Assembly (NCBI GenBank): GCA_965240325.2
Contig: OZ251223.1
Location: 868,001 to 932,000 of the forward strand
DNA: 64,000 nucleotides
Direction of reading: 5' to 3'
DNA from: Rebecca billardiae RCC1528
Lineage: Eukaryota; Protista; Haptophyta
The first letter of the stretch is position 1. Every line of letters begins with the position of its first letter. The position numbers and the translations under genes were made by a program. The notes under the pieces are model-generated. The model searched no databases. It saw only the letters and a list, made by a program, of their open reading frames with translations, and had not been told where the DNA came from. Of the stretch, positions 25,236 to 36,716 are shown piece after piece.

Positions 25236-26194
25236 CACCACACGATTCACTCTCACCGACACCTGTCTCACCAGTCACCTCTCACGTCGTCTTTTGAGAA
25301 TTGAGTGACGCCGATGATCGCGCGTACGTCAGTTTTAAGCGCCGAGTCAGAGTGTTCGGCGGCGGATCGACGATGACGACGTATTTATAATACAATATTA
25401 TAATAATAATATATATGATGCCTCGGATGCAGCGCGAGAGTCGTGACTCGTGTCCGGTCAGACCGGTATGTAACTTACTTAGTGGCCGGTCCTACTAGTC
25501 CGTTATAAACGGCGACTACAGTATACGTACTCGGCACAAGTACGATTTCGGAGTTAGAGTACGACGCTAACTATCTATATATATATATAGATATATACGA
25601 CTGTATAGTAAATAAAAGGAGCCCTATGCGCGTGTCATCAGTCGTCACTGCTGCTATCTATAGTGCCTATACGGTCTGCTGTCATAACGGTGCTGGTGGC
25701 CATTTCAGCATATATCACGCCGGCAGTGCTAGCTGTAGCAGCTGAGAACAATATGCGTGATGTTTAAATTCCGCCTTACCAGTTCCCCGGTCACGCAGGG
25801 GCTTATCACTCATACTCAGTGTCCCTGCGGACGTCGTCAGCAGCCCGAGTGAGCAGCGTCACGTCCGTGCGGACGAGCGGGCGGTGTCGGTCCTCACAGA
25901 ACGGATGCAAAAAGCGGTGAGCCAAACGGCCGCCATACGTAACTGGCAGAGCAGCTTTCTTCTGAAGCAGCTCTGCAGGCAGTATACCGGGTACTTCGAC
26001 GACCATCCAGACGGTTGGACTTGGAGCCAACCGGGCACCGCCTGGATGTGAGACAATAAAAGAACTATAATAATCGTAGTGATGATGCACTCGGGAGGAT
26101 GAAATTCGGGATATTAATACGTACGTAACACAATACGACTGGCGCAGAGCAGAGTGAAAGGCGACTCGATCATCATCGTCAAGACGAATCACGA

Positions 26195-27649
26195 CTACGA
26201 GTCATGTGGTCGTGACTGCTGCTGATTGATGCCGCCGATGTCGCCCAGCCGAAAGTCATCGCTGTCGTCATCGCCTTCGTCCACCGACGAGTCGTCGTCG
26301 TCGAGCAGCTTCGTGAGCTCAGCATCGCGACTGGCGAGGGTCGGCGAGCGTAGTCGGGCTTTCGTCGCGTGCCCAACCGGCGACACTGACGATGGGCGCG
26401 GGTGCTGCTCGCCACGATTGGCCGCCGGTTTGGCGCCGGCGCCCGCGGGGAGAGCGCGGTCATGCCCGACGCCCCTGCTCCCGCTGGCGGCGTCGTCCAC
26501 GGCCACCTCCTCCGCCGCGGCCGAGGCGGCGCACGGGGAGGCGAGCTCGCTCAGCTGCGTCGTCACCGCCGCGCCGAAGATGAGCGCCGCCCCCGCCAGC
26601 CCGCGCGGCCCCAGCTCCTCCCCAAGCCACAGCCAGGAGAAGCCGGCCGCCCACAGCGGGTCGGTCGCGTAGATGATGGCCGCGCGCTCGGCGGAGATGG
26701 AGCGCTGGCCGACGGTCTGCGCCCAGTTGCACGCGCCCGTGCACACCGCGCCGAGGTAAATGATGGGGCCGAGCTGCCCAGAGTCGTACGGCAGCGCGAT
26801 CTGCTCGGCGAACAGCCGCGCCGCCTCGTGCGTGTCACCAGCGCCGCGCACGAGCGCCACCGCCGCCGACCAGAGCACGCACAGGGTGGCGACGACCACG
26901 AGGGTGGCCGCGTTGAGCTCGCCGCTCGGGCAGCGTGCGCTGGCGCGCTGCAGGCGCAGGATGAAGCACGCGCTCGCGAGCGCCGCGACCACCGACCACG
27001 CATCGCCCACGTTGAGCGGCGAGCCATCAGCGCACAGCAGCACGGTGCCGGCGAACGCTGTCGCCGCCGACGCCCACGTCCCGAGCGGGACGCGAGTGCG
27101 GTACACGCACGCGGAGAGCAGCGGCACGAGCTTGACGTTGAGGTAGAGCAGGAAGGCCGAGCGTGATGCCGTGGTGAACTCGAGGCCGATCGACTGGCAC
27201 GCGAAGCCGATGAACATCCACACGCCGAGCTCGGCACCGAAGCGCCACACCGGCGATGCCAAGCTGGACGGGAGGAAGGGCGTGAAGAGGACGCCCGCGG
27301 TGGCGAAGCGGCCGAGATTGAGCGCACTCGCCGCCGCCGCGGTGGAATGAACGTCGGCGGAGGCCTGCTGCACGGCGTCCTTGATCACTGCGTGCTGCGT
27401 GCCCCAGACGCACACGACGGCGTTGAGCAGGACGAGTGCTGCGCGTGGATTGAGTGATGAGTCGTGCACCGCGGGCTCGCCGTCGTCGAGGCCCGCGCGA
27501 GGCATGGCGCGCCGGGGTGCGTCCATTCGCTTGTGCTGGAAGAGCGAGGGCCGCGAAATCACCGTCCTGTGCGCGGATGACCGCTGCGCGAGCGTGATGA
27601 ACAGCACGAGCACGAGTCCTCGCCTCGACAGGCTCGCCTCCATGCTCAT
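26195..27649 (-). CDS. EamA/DMT-superfamily transporter with N-terminal targeting extension
   Basis: About 10 TM helices; QSIGLEFTTASRSAFL..LNVKLVP; GQRSISAERAAIIYATDPLWAA. Confidence 0.9.
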   Translation of the reverse strand: MSMEASLSRRGLVLVLFITLAQRSSAHRTVISRPSLFQHKRMDAPRRAMPRAGLDDGEPAVHDSSLNPRAALVLLNAVVCVWGTQHAVIKDAVQQASADVHSTAAAASALNLGRFATAGVLFTPFLPSSLASPVWRFGAELGVWMFIGFACQSIGLEFTTASRSAFLLYLNVKLVPLLSACVYRTRVPLGTWASAATAFAGTVLLCADGSPLNVGDAWSVVAALASACFILRLQRASARCPSGELNAATLVVVATLCVLWSAAVALVRGAGDTHEAARLFAEQIALPYDSGQLGPIIYLGAVCTGACNWAQTVGQRSISAERAAIIYATDPLWAAGFSWLWLGEELGPRGLAGAALIFGAAVTTQLSELASPCAASAAAEEVAVDDAASGSRGVGHDRALPAGAGAKPAANRGEQHPRPSSVSPVGHATKARLRSPTLASRDAELTKLLDDDDSSVDEGDDDSDDFRLGDIGGINQQQSRPHDS

Positions 27650-27810
27650 GCGGTGCCGGACGGGTGCGTGGCAGAAGTCCGGTTGACGTCTTGACGATCT
27701 GAAAATCTGGAGATCGAGATCGGCTTGACCGCGAACCGGCCTGTGTGCGCCTGTGCGGCTTATCGCGCCCACGGTACCCAACCGGCCGAAGCAACCCAAC
27801 GCCGCGCAAG

Positions 27811-30018
27811 ATGCTCGTCGCGTCGCTCGCCGTCGCCGTCCTCGCGTGCACCCCCTTCTACGACGAGGTGGAGCTCGCGCGCGAGCCGGTGATGGCCGGC
27901 TACCCCATCTCAAAGCATACCGTACACTGGACGATCTGGCGCAACTCCTCGGCCACGTCGGAGGAAGACATCGCCGCGAGCTACAACGAGACCGACGGCA
28001 GCATCAGAATAGCGCGCGCGCCACCAAAGACCGCGCACGCCTGGTTCATGCAGGTGTTGCGCCCGGTGGAGCTCGCGCGTGCTCGCGAGTACCAACTCTG
28101 CCTGCAGCTCGACGCGCCATCGAACGCCGGTGACTATCTCGAGCTTGGCGTCGACCTGGGCTGGCCAACATGGCAGATGATTGGGTACTCGTGGCTGCCG
28201 CTCCCGCAAGCGGCGGACGCGAGCACGTGCCTCACATTCACGGCGCCCGTCGATGAGGAGGAGTCGAATGGTGTGGTCAGCGCACGCGTCGTCCTCAACC
28301 TGGGTGCGGTGACCGGAGTCGTTCACGTGCGCTCGCTCGCGCTGCGTCGCTGCCCATCCGAGCTGGACGACTCTGAGGCCTCACCGGCGCCGTTGCCTCC
28401 ACGGCCAACGACCGAGCTCGTCTGGTCGGAGGAGTTCAACCAGGACGGTGGCGTGAACGCATCGAAGTGGGTGTATGATATCTATCCCCCGGGCGCGTTC
28501 AACCAAGAGCTCCAGGCGTACGTCGACAGCCCGGCCAACTCTTTCGTGCGGGATGGCGCGCTCTCAATCGTGGCGACGTGCTCTGCAGCGGAGACCGGTG
28601 CCGCCTACAATGTCTCCTCGGCGCGGATTGCAACGAGAGGGCTGGCAAAGTGGGGCCCGGGCCACCGCATCGACGTGCGCGCGAGGATACCCACGAAGCT
28701 CGGCAGCTGGCCAGCGATCTGGCTGCTGCCCGAGAACTACACGTACGGCGATTGGCCAGCGAGTGGGGAGATCGATCTCGTGGAGCACGCGGGCTGTATG
28801 CAGGGTCGTGTGCTCGCCACGGTACACACGGAGGCGCTCAACACGAGCACAAACACGCAGCTCTCGGGCTACTCGTATCCGCGCCCCGTCGACGCGTGGC
28901 ACACTTACTCGCTCGAGTGGCTCGAGACAGGCCTACGCTTCTTGGTCGATGACCAGCCCTTCTTCACCTTTGGCAGGGAGTACGGCGCGAACGCGTGGCG
29001 CATGTGGCCCTTCGACCAGGAGTTCCACCTGCTGCTCAACGTTGCTGTGGGTGGCCTCTTTGGCTCGTACTGCCTGGAGGAGGGCGAGGAGCTCTCCTGC
29101 CCGGACGACGGCGTATTCGCGCGGATGGACGTGGACTACGTGCGAGTGCATGCGCTGCGCAACTTCTCGCCCCCGCCGCCCTCGCCTCCTCCGAATCCGC
29201 CCTCGCCTCCTCCGAGCCCGCCACCAAGCTCGCCGCCATCGCCACCATCGATCCCGCCGCCAAGCCCACCGCCAAGCTCGCCGCCAGGCCCACCGTCATC
29301 GCTGAGCCCGCCATCGTCCCCGCCGCTGCCGCCGCCATCTCCGACACCGCCGCCACCGCCCTCGCCCCCAAGCCAGCCGCCCTCGCCGCTTGTCGGACAG
29401 CCCGCGTCTGAGGGCTCGGCATCGGAAACATCTGGCTCTGGGGGCTCTCGGGGCTCTGGGGGCTCTCGGGGCTCGTCATCTTCCCCTGAGGATGACTCGG
29501 CGCCCGCCAGCTCGTCCACTGAGCAAGCGTCGGAGGGCACGCCACTCGCACAGAATTGGCTGATTGCATTGGTCGCAGGAGGAGCTCTGCTACTCTGTTG
29601 TACGGGCTGCGTCCTTCTCGTCTACGTCGTGCGCAAGCAGGGTGTGCGCATCAAGGCCGGCGGGCGACCTGTGGCGCTCCCCTCTGCTGAGATCACCAGT
29701 GGGCTGTCCCACGCCGCTGAGCCCTCTCCTGAGACTACCAGCGAGCCGTCCCACGCCGAGCCTGACGCCACGCCGTCGCGCCACTGGGCGTGGTCGCAGG
29801 CTCAATGGAGCTTCAGCATCCCGCCAATCTTGCCCGCTGGCAACGCGTTGGTTGAGGCAGTGACACGCACGTCCACCCGGCCGCTCTCCTCGCGTGCCTC
29901 GTCCACCAGGTCGTCACTACGTCGAACGCCACACGGCACTGGACGCTTCACCATGGTCGTCACCGCCGATGGGGACGACACTGATCGCTCCCGCCATTCC
30001 GCAGCCTACAATGCCTAG
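27811..30018 (+). CDS. GH16 beta-1,3-glucanase (laminarinase-like) with CBM4-like N-domain, Ser-Pro stalk and C-terminal TM helix
   Basis: Signal peptide; LVWSEEFN; WPAIWLLP; catalytic WPASGEIDLVE; WPFDQEFHLLLNVAVGG; SPPP repeats; TM segment WLIALVAGGALLLCCTGCVLLVYVV. Confidence 0.92.
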   Translation: MLVASLAVAVLACTPFYDEVELAREPVMAGYPISKHTVHWTIWRNSSATSEEDIAASYNETDGSIRIARAPPKTAHAWFMQVLRPVELARAREYQLCLQLDAPSNAGDYLELGVDLGWPTWQMIGYSWLPLPQAADASTCLTFTAPVDEEESNGVVSARVVLNLGAVTGVVHVRSLALRRCPSELDDSEASPAPLPPRPTTELVWSEEFNQDGGVNASKWVYDIYPPGAFNQELQAYVDSPANSFVRDGALSIVATCSAAETGAAYNVSSARIATRGLAKWGPGHRIDVRARIPTKLGSWPAIWLLPENYTYGDWPASGEIDLVEHAGCMQGRVLATVHTEALNTSTNTQLSGYSYPRPVDAWHTYSLEWLETGLRFLVDDQPFFTFGREYGANAWRMWPFDQEFHLLLNVAVGGLFGSYCLEEGEELSCPDDGVFARMDVDYVRVHALRNFSPPPPSPPPNPPSPPPSPPPSSPPSPPSIPPPSPPPSSPPGPPSSLSPPSSPPLPPPSPTPPPPPSPPSQPPSPLVGQPASEGSASETSGSGGSRGSGGSRGSSSSPEDDSAPASSSTEQASEGTPLAQNWLIALVAGGALLLCCTGCVLLVYVVRKQGVRIKAGGRPVALPSAEITSGLSHAAEPSPETTSEPSHAEPDATPSRHWAWSQAQWSFSIPPILPAGNALVEAVTRTSTRPLSSRASSTRSSLRRTPHGTGRFTMVVTADGDDTDRSRHSAAYNA

Positions 30019-33000
30019 CGAGTAGCGACGTTGACTGCTACATGAGAGTCTATAACTAAGCCCCGTTGCTAATGCTACCGTAGAGTCGATATACGTACGC
30101 GATATATATGATACGATTACGGAGGACTAGAATCGAGATCGACTGGACGATGAGTAGCTGCTAACTGCTTGACTCTTATTCACATCACATATCATATCAC
30201 ATATATAAATATATATACTGATATGACGACGACGGATGTTCATTTTACGTAGTAATATATACATATACTAACTAATGGCGCACGGCCCCCCCCGAAAGGT
30301 CTGAGCGTGAGCGAAAGCCGGGGGGGGGGGGGGGCGGCGCACGTGCTCCGCAAAATCAAAAAGAGGATGCGCGCAGGATTTTGGGGATTTTTCCGTAGGT
30401 GGCCACCGCGTATGAGTGGATATCGCTGCCGCAATGATTGCGTTTGTACTGCCCCTTAATTTTAACGATAGTAACACTTAGGGGCACCTTGAATGACCCC
30501 AGTGGGCGGAAATGGCCATATCTCCCGGAGATTGCGTTTACTGACGTACGTCAGTAAAGTTTCGTCGGGATTTTCAGCAATTTCATTGGAGGAGGGTGCC
30601 TCACTCTATTGTCCAAACTTGCATTTTCGGGATGTGAAGCTGTAAGTGTTTCGCCTTGCGGAGTAGCGCAGCCGCCAATCCGTCCAATGGGAAGCCAGCT
30701 CGGGCTTCGCTCAATGAAAAATGATCACATCGGCTCCCGCGAGCCCCGATAGGAAATAGAGCTCGCTCCGTTCCACTTCGTCGGTATCTCGCCGTCTCGT
30801 GGTGGGCGAGGGGCGGAGCTGAGTGGTTGGGTCTGCGGCGCGGACTGCGATGCTGGGCTGCTGACGTTCTCCGCGCGGGATATCTGAGGGGCACGCGAGC
30901 TGTATGTAGGGCACGCCTTGCAAACAATCTCCCCGCTGTACGTGCAGGTCATGCTAGCGTCCTCCGCGCCAAAAAAACCTGCTTGTTCTTGCGCGAGGCC
31001 CGAGTCCGCGGCACTCGGTCGCTGCTCGCCGCAAGCTGGCACGCGTCAGCGTCTACACATTCACGATTCGGTGGTCATCGTGCGCCTGAGGACGGGGGCG
31101 ATCTACTGAGTGCGCTGCTAGATGAGCAGGCCCGCGTAAGGTTAGATCACCCTGCTCCTCACGCCTTGCGCGCACCTTGGGTTGCTTCCGTCACGCTTGA
31201 GGCGCTTCACGTCGCACGGGTCGGCGTAAGCTGTGTGTGTGATGCAAGCAGACGTCTTCCAAGCCTGGCTTGTACCCGATGGGAGAGCATACTTCTATCG
31301 CCTTCAGCCACCACCTTCTCCGGCGTTCGACGCCCACACTACATGCGACCACAGCCATACGCAGCTCGTCGGGACTCGTCTCCGTTAGCTTATCGATGTG
31401 CAAACGCCAAGGCCTGTGACACGCAGGGAAGACTGATTCGCCATGGCATTTGTGCACTGCGTGAAGTATTGACACCAGCGCACGTTCGCCAGGTAGATTT
31501 GCGGGAGCAGAGCGTGCTTTTCTGCAAGGATTCGCACACGTATCACAGAAGTTCAGCAGTCGCGGGCTCGGACTGAAGATCTCTGCACCGTCGCTTGGCC
31601 GTGAGTGACAGGAACAGGCGAGGAGCTCCCACGGTGCTGGCGCACAACATGCCGTGACAGCGGGGGGCACACACATGGCGCGTGCGCTGACACAACCGCG
31701 CGGACGACCGGGCTAGGCGCCACTGATCGGCCGCCCTCGGGCAAGGCACCGGCGGACTTCGCGGCCGGAACGCCATCGGGACAGCCGTCCCTCGTTTCGG
31801 CCGCCAGATAGTCTTTCGCCTTCTTCAAAACTCTAAACATTGACTGGCCAAGTAACTCTGAGATTCGCAATCGTGCGGCCAAAAACGGGGCTGGGGGGCA
31901 GTCAAGGTGAATGCAGGGTGGAATAGCACATAACACCAGCCGTGTGTTAGAACATTCCGTCATAGTAAGATGCCTGAATTGTAAGAGCCTGAAACAGCTC
32001 GCCAACCATAGAAACGATAGGTAGGTTGGGTCGTCAGCTTTGATTCACGCGCTTCTGAAAAACAGCGTTTTAGATTAGACGCATCCCTCTTCTCTTAAGA
32101 GAACTGCGCTTCAAAAACACCGTTTCAACGAAAGACGATCGCCCGCCATTCAACTGAAACGAGAGCTGTTCACTCATCAGATTCATCAAAGCGACGCGAT
32201 ATGGTATTGCGCGGGTAGCTTGAATCGACCTTCCCGCGCGCCGTGGTATCATACGGTTATCAAGCTACTCTTGTTGATATACTTTTGGTCATCTACTGAT
32301 ACGACGTCAATGCGGGTGGCAATCGCCACCCGCATTGACGGGCCTGAAAGTCGAAGAGGCACGCACGGCCCAAGGCCGAAGAGGCACGGCTCGTTGCTTG
32401 CGGTTGGCAATGCGGGGTGCTGCACTGCACAGGCGCGGTGCGACGGGGAGCATTCCTTCTCCCGGGCGGCCACCACGGCCTCGGAGGTGGTGAGGAACGC
32501 GTCGGCGACCACGGCGTGGACCACCTCCGTCGCGCCGGACACCCCGGTCGCCCCTCACCGGACTCCACCCTCGCCGCGCGCTGACCGTTTGCCGGTCGAG
32601 CCGTGCTTGCTGTGCTGCCTGCGCGGCCCGGCGCGTGCCCCCGCGTGGTGCCACAAGGCGGGTGCAGACGTGGCGGCGCGGTGGTGCGTGCGATCGGGGG
32701 ACCCCACCTGAACTACGACACGGCTGCGCGCGCTCATCCGTGCTCATCACGGTGGTGGACGCGCGACTCGACGCGCGCATCGAGCGCGGCAGGCCGGCAC
32801 GGCTCGGCTCGGCAGCCTGCTCGAGGCGCGAAGGCGCGCACCGCGCGCTGCCCGTGGGCGCGACGAGATGGTGCATCATCGCGCTACTTGCCATCTTCCT
32901 CTCGCCACGCCTTCGACACGATGGCTGCGACTGCTGCTCGGAGGCGCGCTCCGGGGGGCTCACGCACGCGTTCAGAATTCGGGCTCGGCGGTGACCGCGT

Positions 33001-33023
33001 GGACGAGGGGCAGCGCGGTGCAC

Positions 33024-33474
33024 GGTGGCGGAGCGCGTGCGGAGCGCAGCCTACACCTACTACACGCTCCATCCAGACACATCGCGCATGCTCGCGCGAC
33101 CTCCTCGGTCCATCACGCGCGCGTGCGCGCGCGAGCAGGTTTCGGCAGCTGCCGGGCGCGAGCGAGCACGGCGCGCCGCGTTGGCGCGCGCGCACCGATA
33201 CCCGTGCGCAGCTCGACGAGCGAGCGCGGTGTGTTTCGACGCGTATGGAGAGACGCGGTGCATCGTGGTGGAGCGCGTGCGGAGCGCAGCCTACACCTAC
33301 TACACGCTCCATCCAGACACATCGCGCATGCTCGCGCGACCTCCTCGGTCCATCACGCGCCCGTGCGCGCGCGACGGCAGGTGTGCACTCAGTGCAGCCG
33401 CCGGGCGCGAGCACGGCGCGCCGCGTTGGCGCGCGCGCACCGTGACCCGTGCGCAGCTCGACGAGCGAGCGCGG
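33024..33474. repeat. Tandem duplication with 240-bp period inside a degenerate, possibly pseudogenic segment
   Basis: GGAGCGCGTGCGGAGCGCAGCCTACACCTACTACACGCTCCATCCAGACACATCG... is repeated at 33030 and 33270. Confidence 0.85.
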
Positions 33475-34148
33475 TGGGGTTCGATGCCGCCGACCACCTC
33501 TGGCTTGGTCGCGCTCACGAGGCTGGTCGCGGGCCTAATCGTGCCGTGTATTGGCTGCCTGCTCGGTCATTGGTGAACTCGCGACGCCGACTACAAGTAC
33601 AACCGCGAGTACGGTTACACGTATTCTGGTAGGCATGCTGTGATTGTGAGTTTATGCAACTGTGATATTCTGTACATAGGGCCGTGCGCCCTCAACTTCG
33701 TTGTTCACTACCCGAAGATCGGCGTAGCCGATCATATACTATATATATAGGCTACCCTGATGATGGCCATTACCGGGCCCGACGCTACTCGCTAGGCCTC
33801 AGATCGTAGTTTATAGTAGTATTTCGTAGTCGGACCGTCAGTCTGTCAGAGAGTTCTAAGTCGGCGTGACGCCGACTTGACTTAGTACAGTTGATACGCG
33901 CGTGTTCAAATTTCATCATCGGAAGCGGGCTCCACGCCCATGGCCATGGCCGCACGATTGCTGCCAGCCGTAAACGCTGGAGGACACAGCGTGGCCGGTG
34001 GCTCGGTCAGGAAGGAACTCTGATGTTACGAAGTCTGAGCGCGACAGCGCCGCCGCCAATTCTTCGCCCGGCGGTGCACGTGCACGCGGGAGGCTCAGAG
34101 CACCCTCTCTGAAGCCCGAGTGGTTTGAGCACGTCGAGCACCCGGCGC

Positions 34149-34807
34149 TCACGCGATCGGCATTCCCCCGCTGACGCTCTCGATGCTCGGCCGAACCCGA
34201 TAGAAGCTGATCCAATCGGCTGGCTCGGTCGGCAGCAGTCCCAGCCACGACATCTTGAGCACACCAAACGCGCACACAGCGAGGTTGATCAGGATGAAGA
34301 CCAGCTTGGGCAGCGTGATCGGGATGTCACCGAATCGTGCGAACGTGGCATTTGCGGACATGATCGATTTGAGCGGATTGTACATGACGTAGGACGTAAT
34401 CATGATGCTGAAGATGTTGGGCTGGTTGCCACTCATCCACTGCGCGCACGCGACGACGACATCACGCGACACATGGCGCGTGCACGCGCGTGAGCGCACG
34501 ACGCCGCCGGACAGGACACGCGTGCTTCGCGCGCGCGGCGAGCGCCTCGCACCAGCATGAACCCGTTCATCGCAAACTGGCCACCGGGCGAGACGGCAAG
34601 CTCCCAGGCCTTCTTCGTCTTGAGGGCCAGCTGCTGCTCCTTGTTGCGCTGGGCAACCTTGCTCTGCTCGCCAGGCTCGAATGTCTGCTCACTGAAGCCC
34701 GGCGGCTTTGGTAGCGCACTCCCATGCGGCCCGTCGTTCGTCCGGCCGCCCTTTGTTTGGCTCTCCGCCGCAAAGGTGAAGTCCCATCGCCTCGTACTGG
34801 GCGACAT
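34149..34807 (-). CDS. EMC4: ER membrane protein complex subunit 4; intron 34440-34552
   Basis: LKTKKAWELAVSP..MNGFML|WMSGNQPNIFSIM..LGLLPTEPADW. Confidence 0.93.
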
Positions 34808-34906
34808 CCTGCGACCTGCGACCGGGCGGGCGCTGGGCCGCTGGCGCACAGCGGTCCGGTGCAGCGGCCGGACGTGCGCGCGTGCTGCATCGGGCGCACG
34901 GCGGGC

Positions 34907-36280
34907 ATGTCGAACGTGAACGATGTCCGTGGCAGCGTGTTCAACCTCGCGAACGCCATCATCGGCGCGGGCATTCTCACGCTGCCCTTCGCGGTGAGCA
35001 ATGTCGGCCTCGGTGTGGGCGTCGCCACCATCGTGCTGTCGGGGGCTCTGTCCGCCGTCTCGTGCGCGATCCTGTTCCACTGCTCGCGCTTCACAGACGC
35101 GCCGTGCGAGTACTCGGCCATCGCGGCGGCCCTGCGCGGCCCGCGATGGGGCGTGTTCACGGAGGTATGCCAGGTGCTGTACGCCCTGGGCTCGTGCGTG
35201 GGCTACCTGGTCATCTGCGACGACGAGCTCGGGCGCATCGCGCACTCGCTCAGCGAGTCGCACGGCATGCACCTGGGGGCTTGGGGGAACCGCTGGGTGC
35301 TGATGAGCGTGATCGTGTTCGGCGGTGTGCTGCCTCTCTCGTCCGTGCGCTCGTTGCACGCCCTCCGCTACGCCTCCTTTGGCGCCGTCGCATGCGTGGT
35401 CTACATGGCGGGCTTGCTCGTGTGGCGCTTCCAAGCCCACGCCGTGCCCCTCGCGCGGGCAGACGCAGTCGGCGCCTTCCGCAGCGCGCCGCTCCTCGTC
35501 TTCGCTTTCAACTGCCAGGTGCCTTTCGTGCCAATCATCGCCGAGTTCACCGCCCCGACCTGGCGCGAGATCACCCAGCTCCTCGTCCTCACCTTCGCCG
35601 TGACGATCGCGCTGTACGAGGCCGTGGCCACGGTCGGGTACGTCACGTTTGCAGAGGCCGGCGTCAAGGACAACGTGCTCGACTCGTTCGAGGAGGGCGA
35701 CTTGCTCGCCATCGCCGCGAGCGCCGCGATGGTCATCGTGCTCGTCTGCAGCTTCCCGCTCTATGCATTCTCTGTGCGCTCGACGCTGGCGCACCTGCTC
35801 AGCTCGTCTTTGGCGGGGGGCGCGGCGGATGCAGCACGCGGCTCGGATGCCGGCGGCGACGCGCAGGCTGGTGGTGGCGCGCAGCGCTCGATCAACCTCG
35901 CGCTCACCGCGGCGATCGTCGTGCCCTGCGCCATCTTGTCCATGGCGTTCGAGTCCCTCGAGGTACCGCTCGGGCTCACTGGCGCACTGGCGGGCACGAG
36001 CATCGTCTTCATCGTGCCCGCAGCGCTGCTGGTGAGCGTGGAGACGCGCGCGCTGGAGCACGGGTACGAGCCGAGCACGGCGCCAGGGCCGCGGGTGGAC
36101 GACGAGGTGCAGGCCATCTCACACGCGCTCCTCGGCACCCGCTCGCGCGAAGAGAAGCGCTGGCGCCGACGGCTGCGCATGCGTCGGCTCGCTGCCTATG
36201 CGTTCGGCGTCTTTGGGGCGGTGATCGGCGTCATCGGCGCGGTGGCGACCGTCATGCCGGCTGCAGATCGGCGAACGTGA
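34907..36280 (+). CDS. Amino-acid transporter (AAAP/SLC38, Aa_trans)
   Basis: SVFNLANAIIGAGILTLPFA; FAFNCQ; GYVTF; about 11 TM helices. Confidence 0.92.
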   Translation: MSNVNDVRGSVFNLANAIIGAGILTLPFAVSNVGLGVGVATIVLSGALSAVSCAILFHCSRFTDAPCEYSAIAAALRGPRWGVFTEVCQVLYALGSCVGYLVICDDELGRIAHSLSESHGMHLGAWGNRWVLMSVIVFGGVLPLSSVRSLHALRYASFGAVACVVYMAGLLVWRFQAHAVPLARADAVGAFRSAPLLVFAFNCQVPFVPIIAEFTAPTWREITQLLVLTFAVTIALYEAVATVGYVTFAEAGVKDNVLDSFEEGDLLAIAASAAMVIVLVCSFPLYAFSVRSTLAHLLSSSLAGGAADAARGSDAGGDAQAGGGAQRSINLALTAAIVVPCAILSMAFESLEVPLGLTGALAGTSIVFIVPAALLVSVETRALEHGYEPSTAPGPRVDDEVQAISHALLGTRSREEKRWRRRLRMRRLAAYAFGVFGAVIGVIGAVATVMPAADRRT

Positions 36281-36716
36281 CAATGACCGATGGGTTGTGG
36301 CCGCTGGCTGGCTGCCGTCGCGTCGGGACTCGGGAGGTGCGTATTGTATACTACTGTAATGACAGCGCCGCATCGCGTGGCTGTCAGCGACCAGTTCGGG
36401 TGCCTGTCTCCGCTGAGCGGGAGCCGTATAGACCTGCCCCCGGGGGACGCCCAAGGTCCAGGCCAACCACTGTACCACTCACTGAATTTGCCAGAATGAG
36501 CAAAAGCACGGGCCAAAAATCGGACGGTATTTCGATTTCCGAGAATTCCGCCATTCTCATCAGCAATTCTCCACGCGCATCGGTGGCGGAATTCTCGCCA
36601 TCAGCTTGAAGCAAGCTCGAGCCTGCCGACCAGCGTGGCCACTCCCCGCGAATCTGGGAGGGCCTTCCCCTTCCTCGTCACGTCCGCGCGTGCGTGCGCA
36701 GTGCACGCACGGCAGC

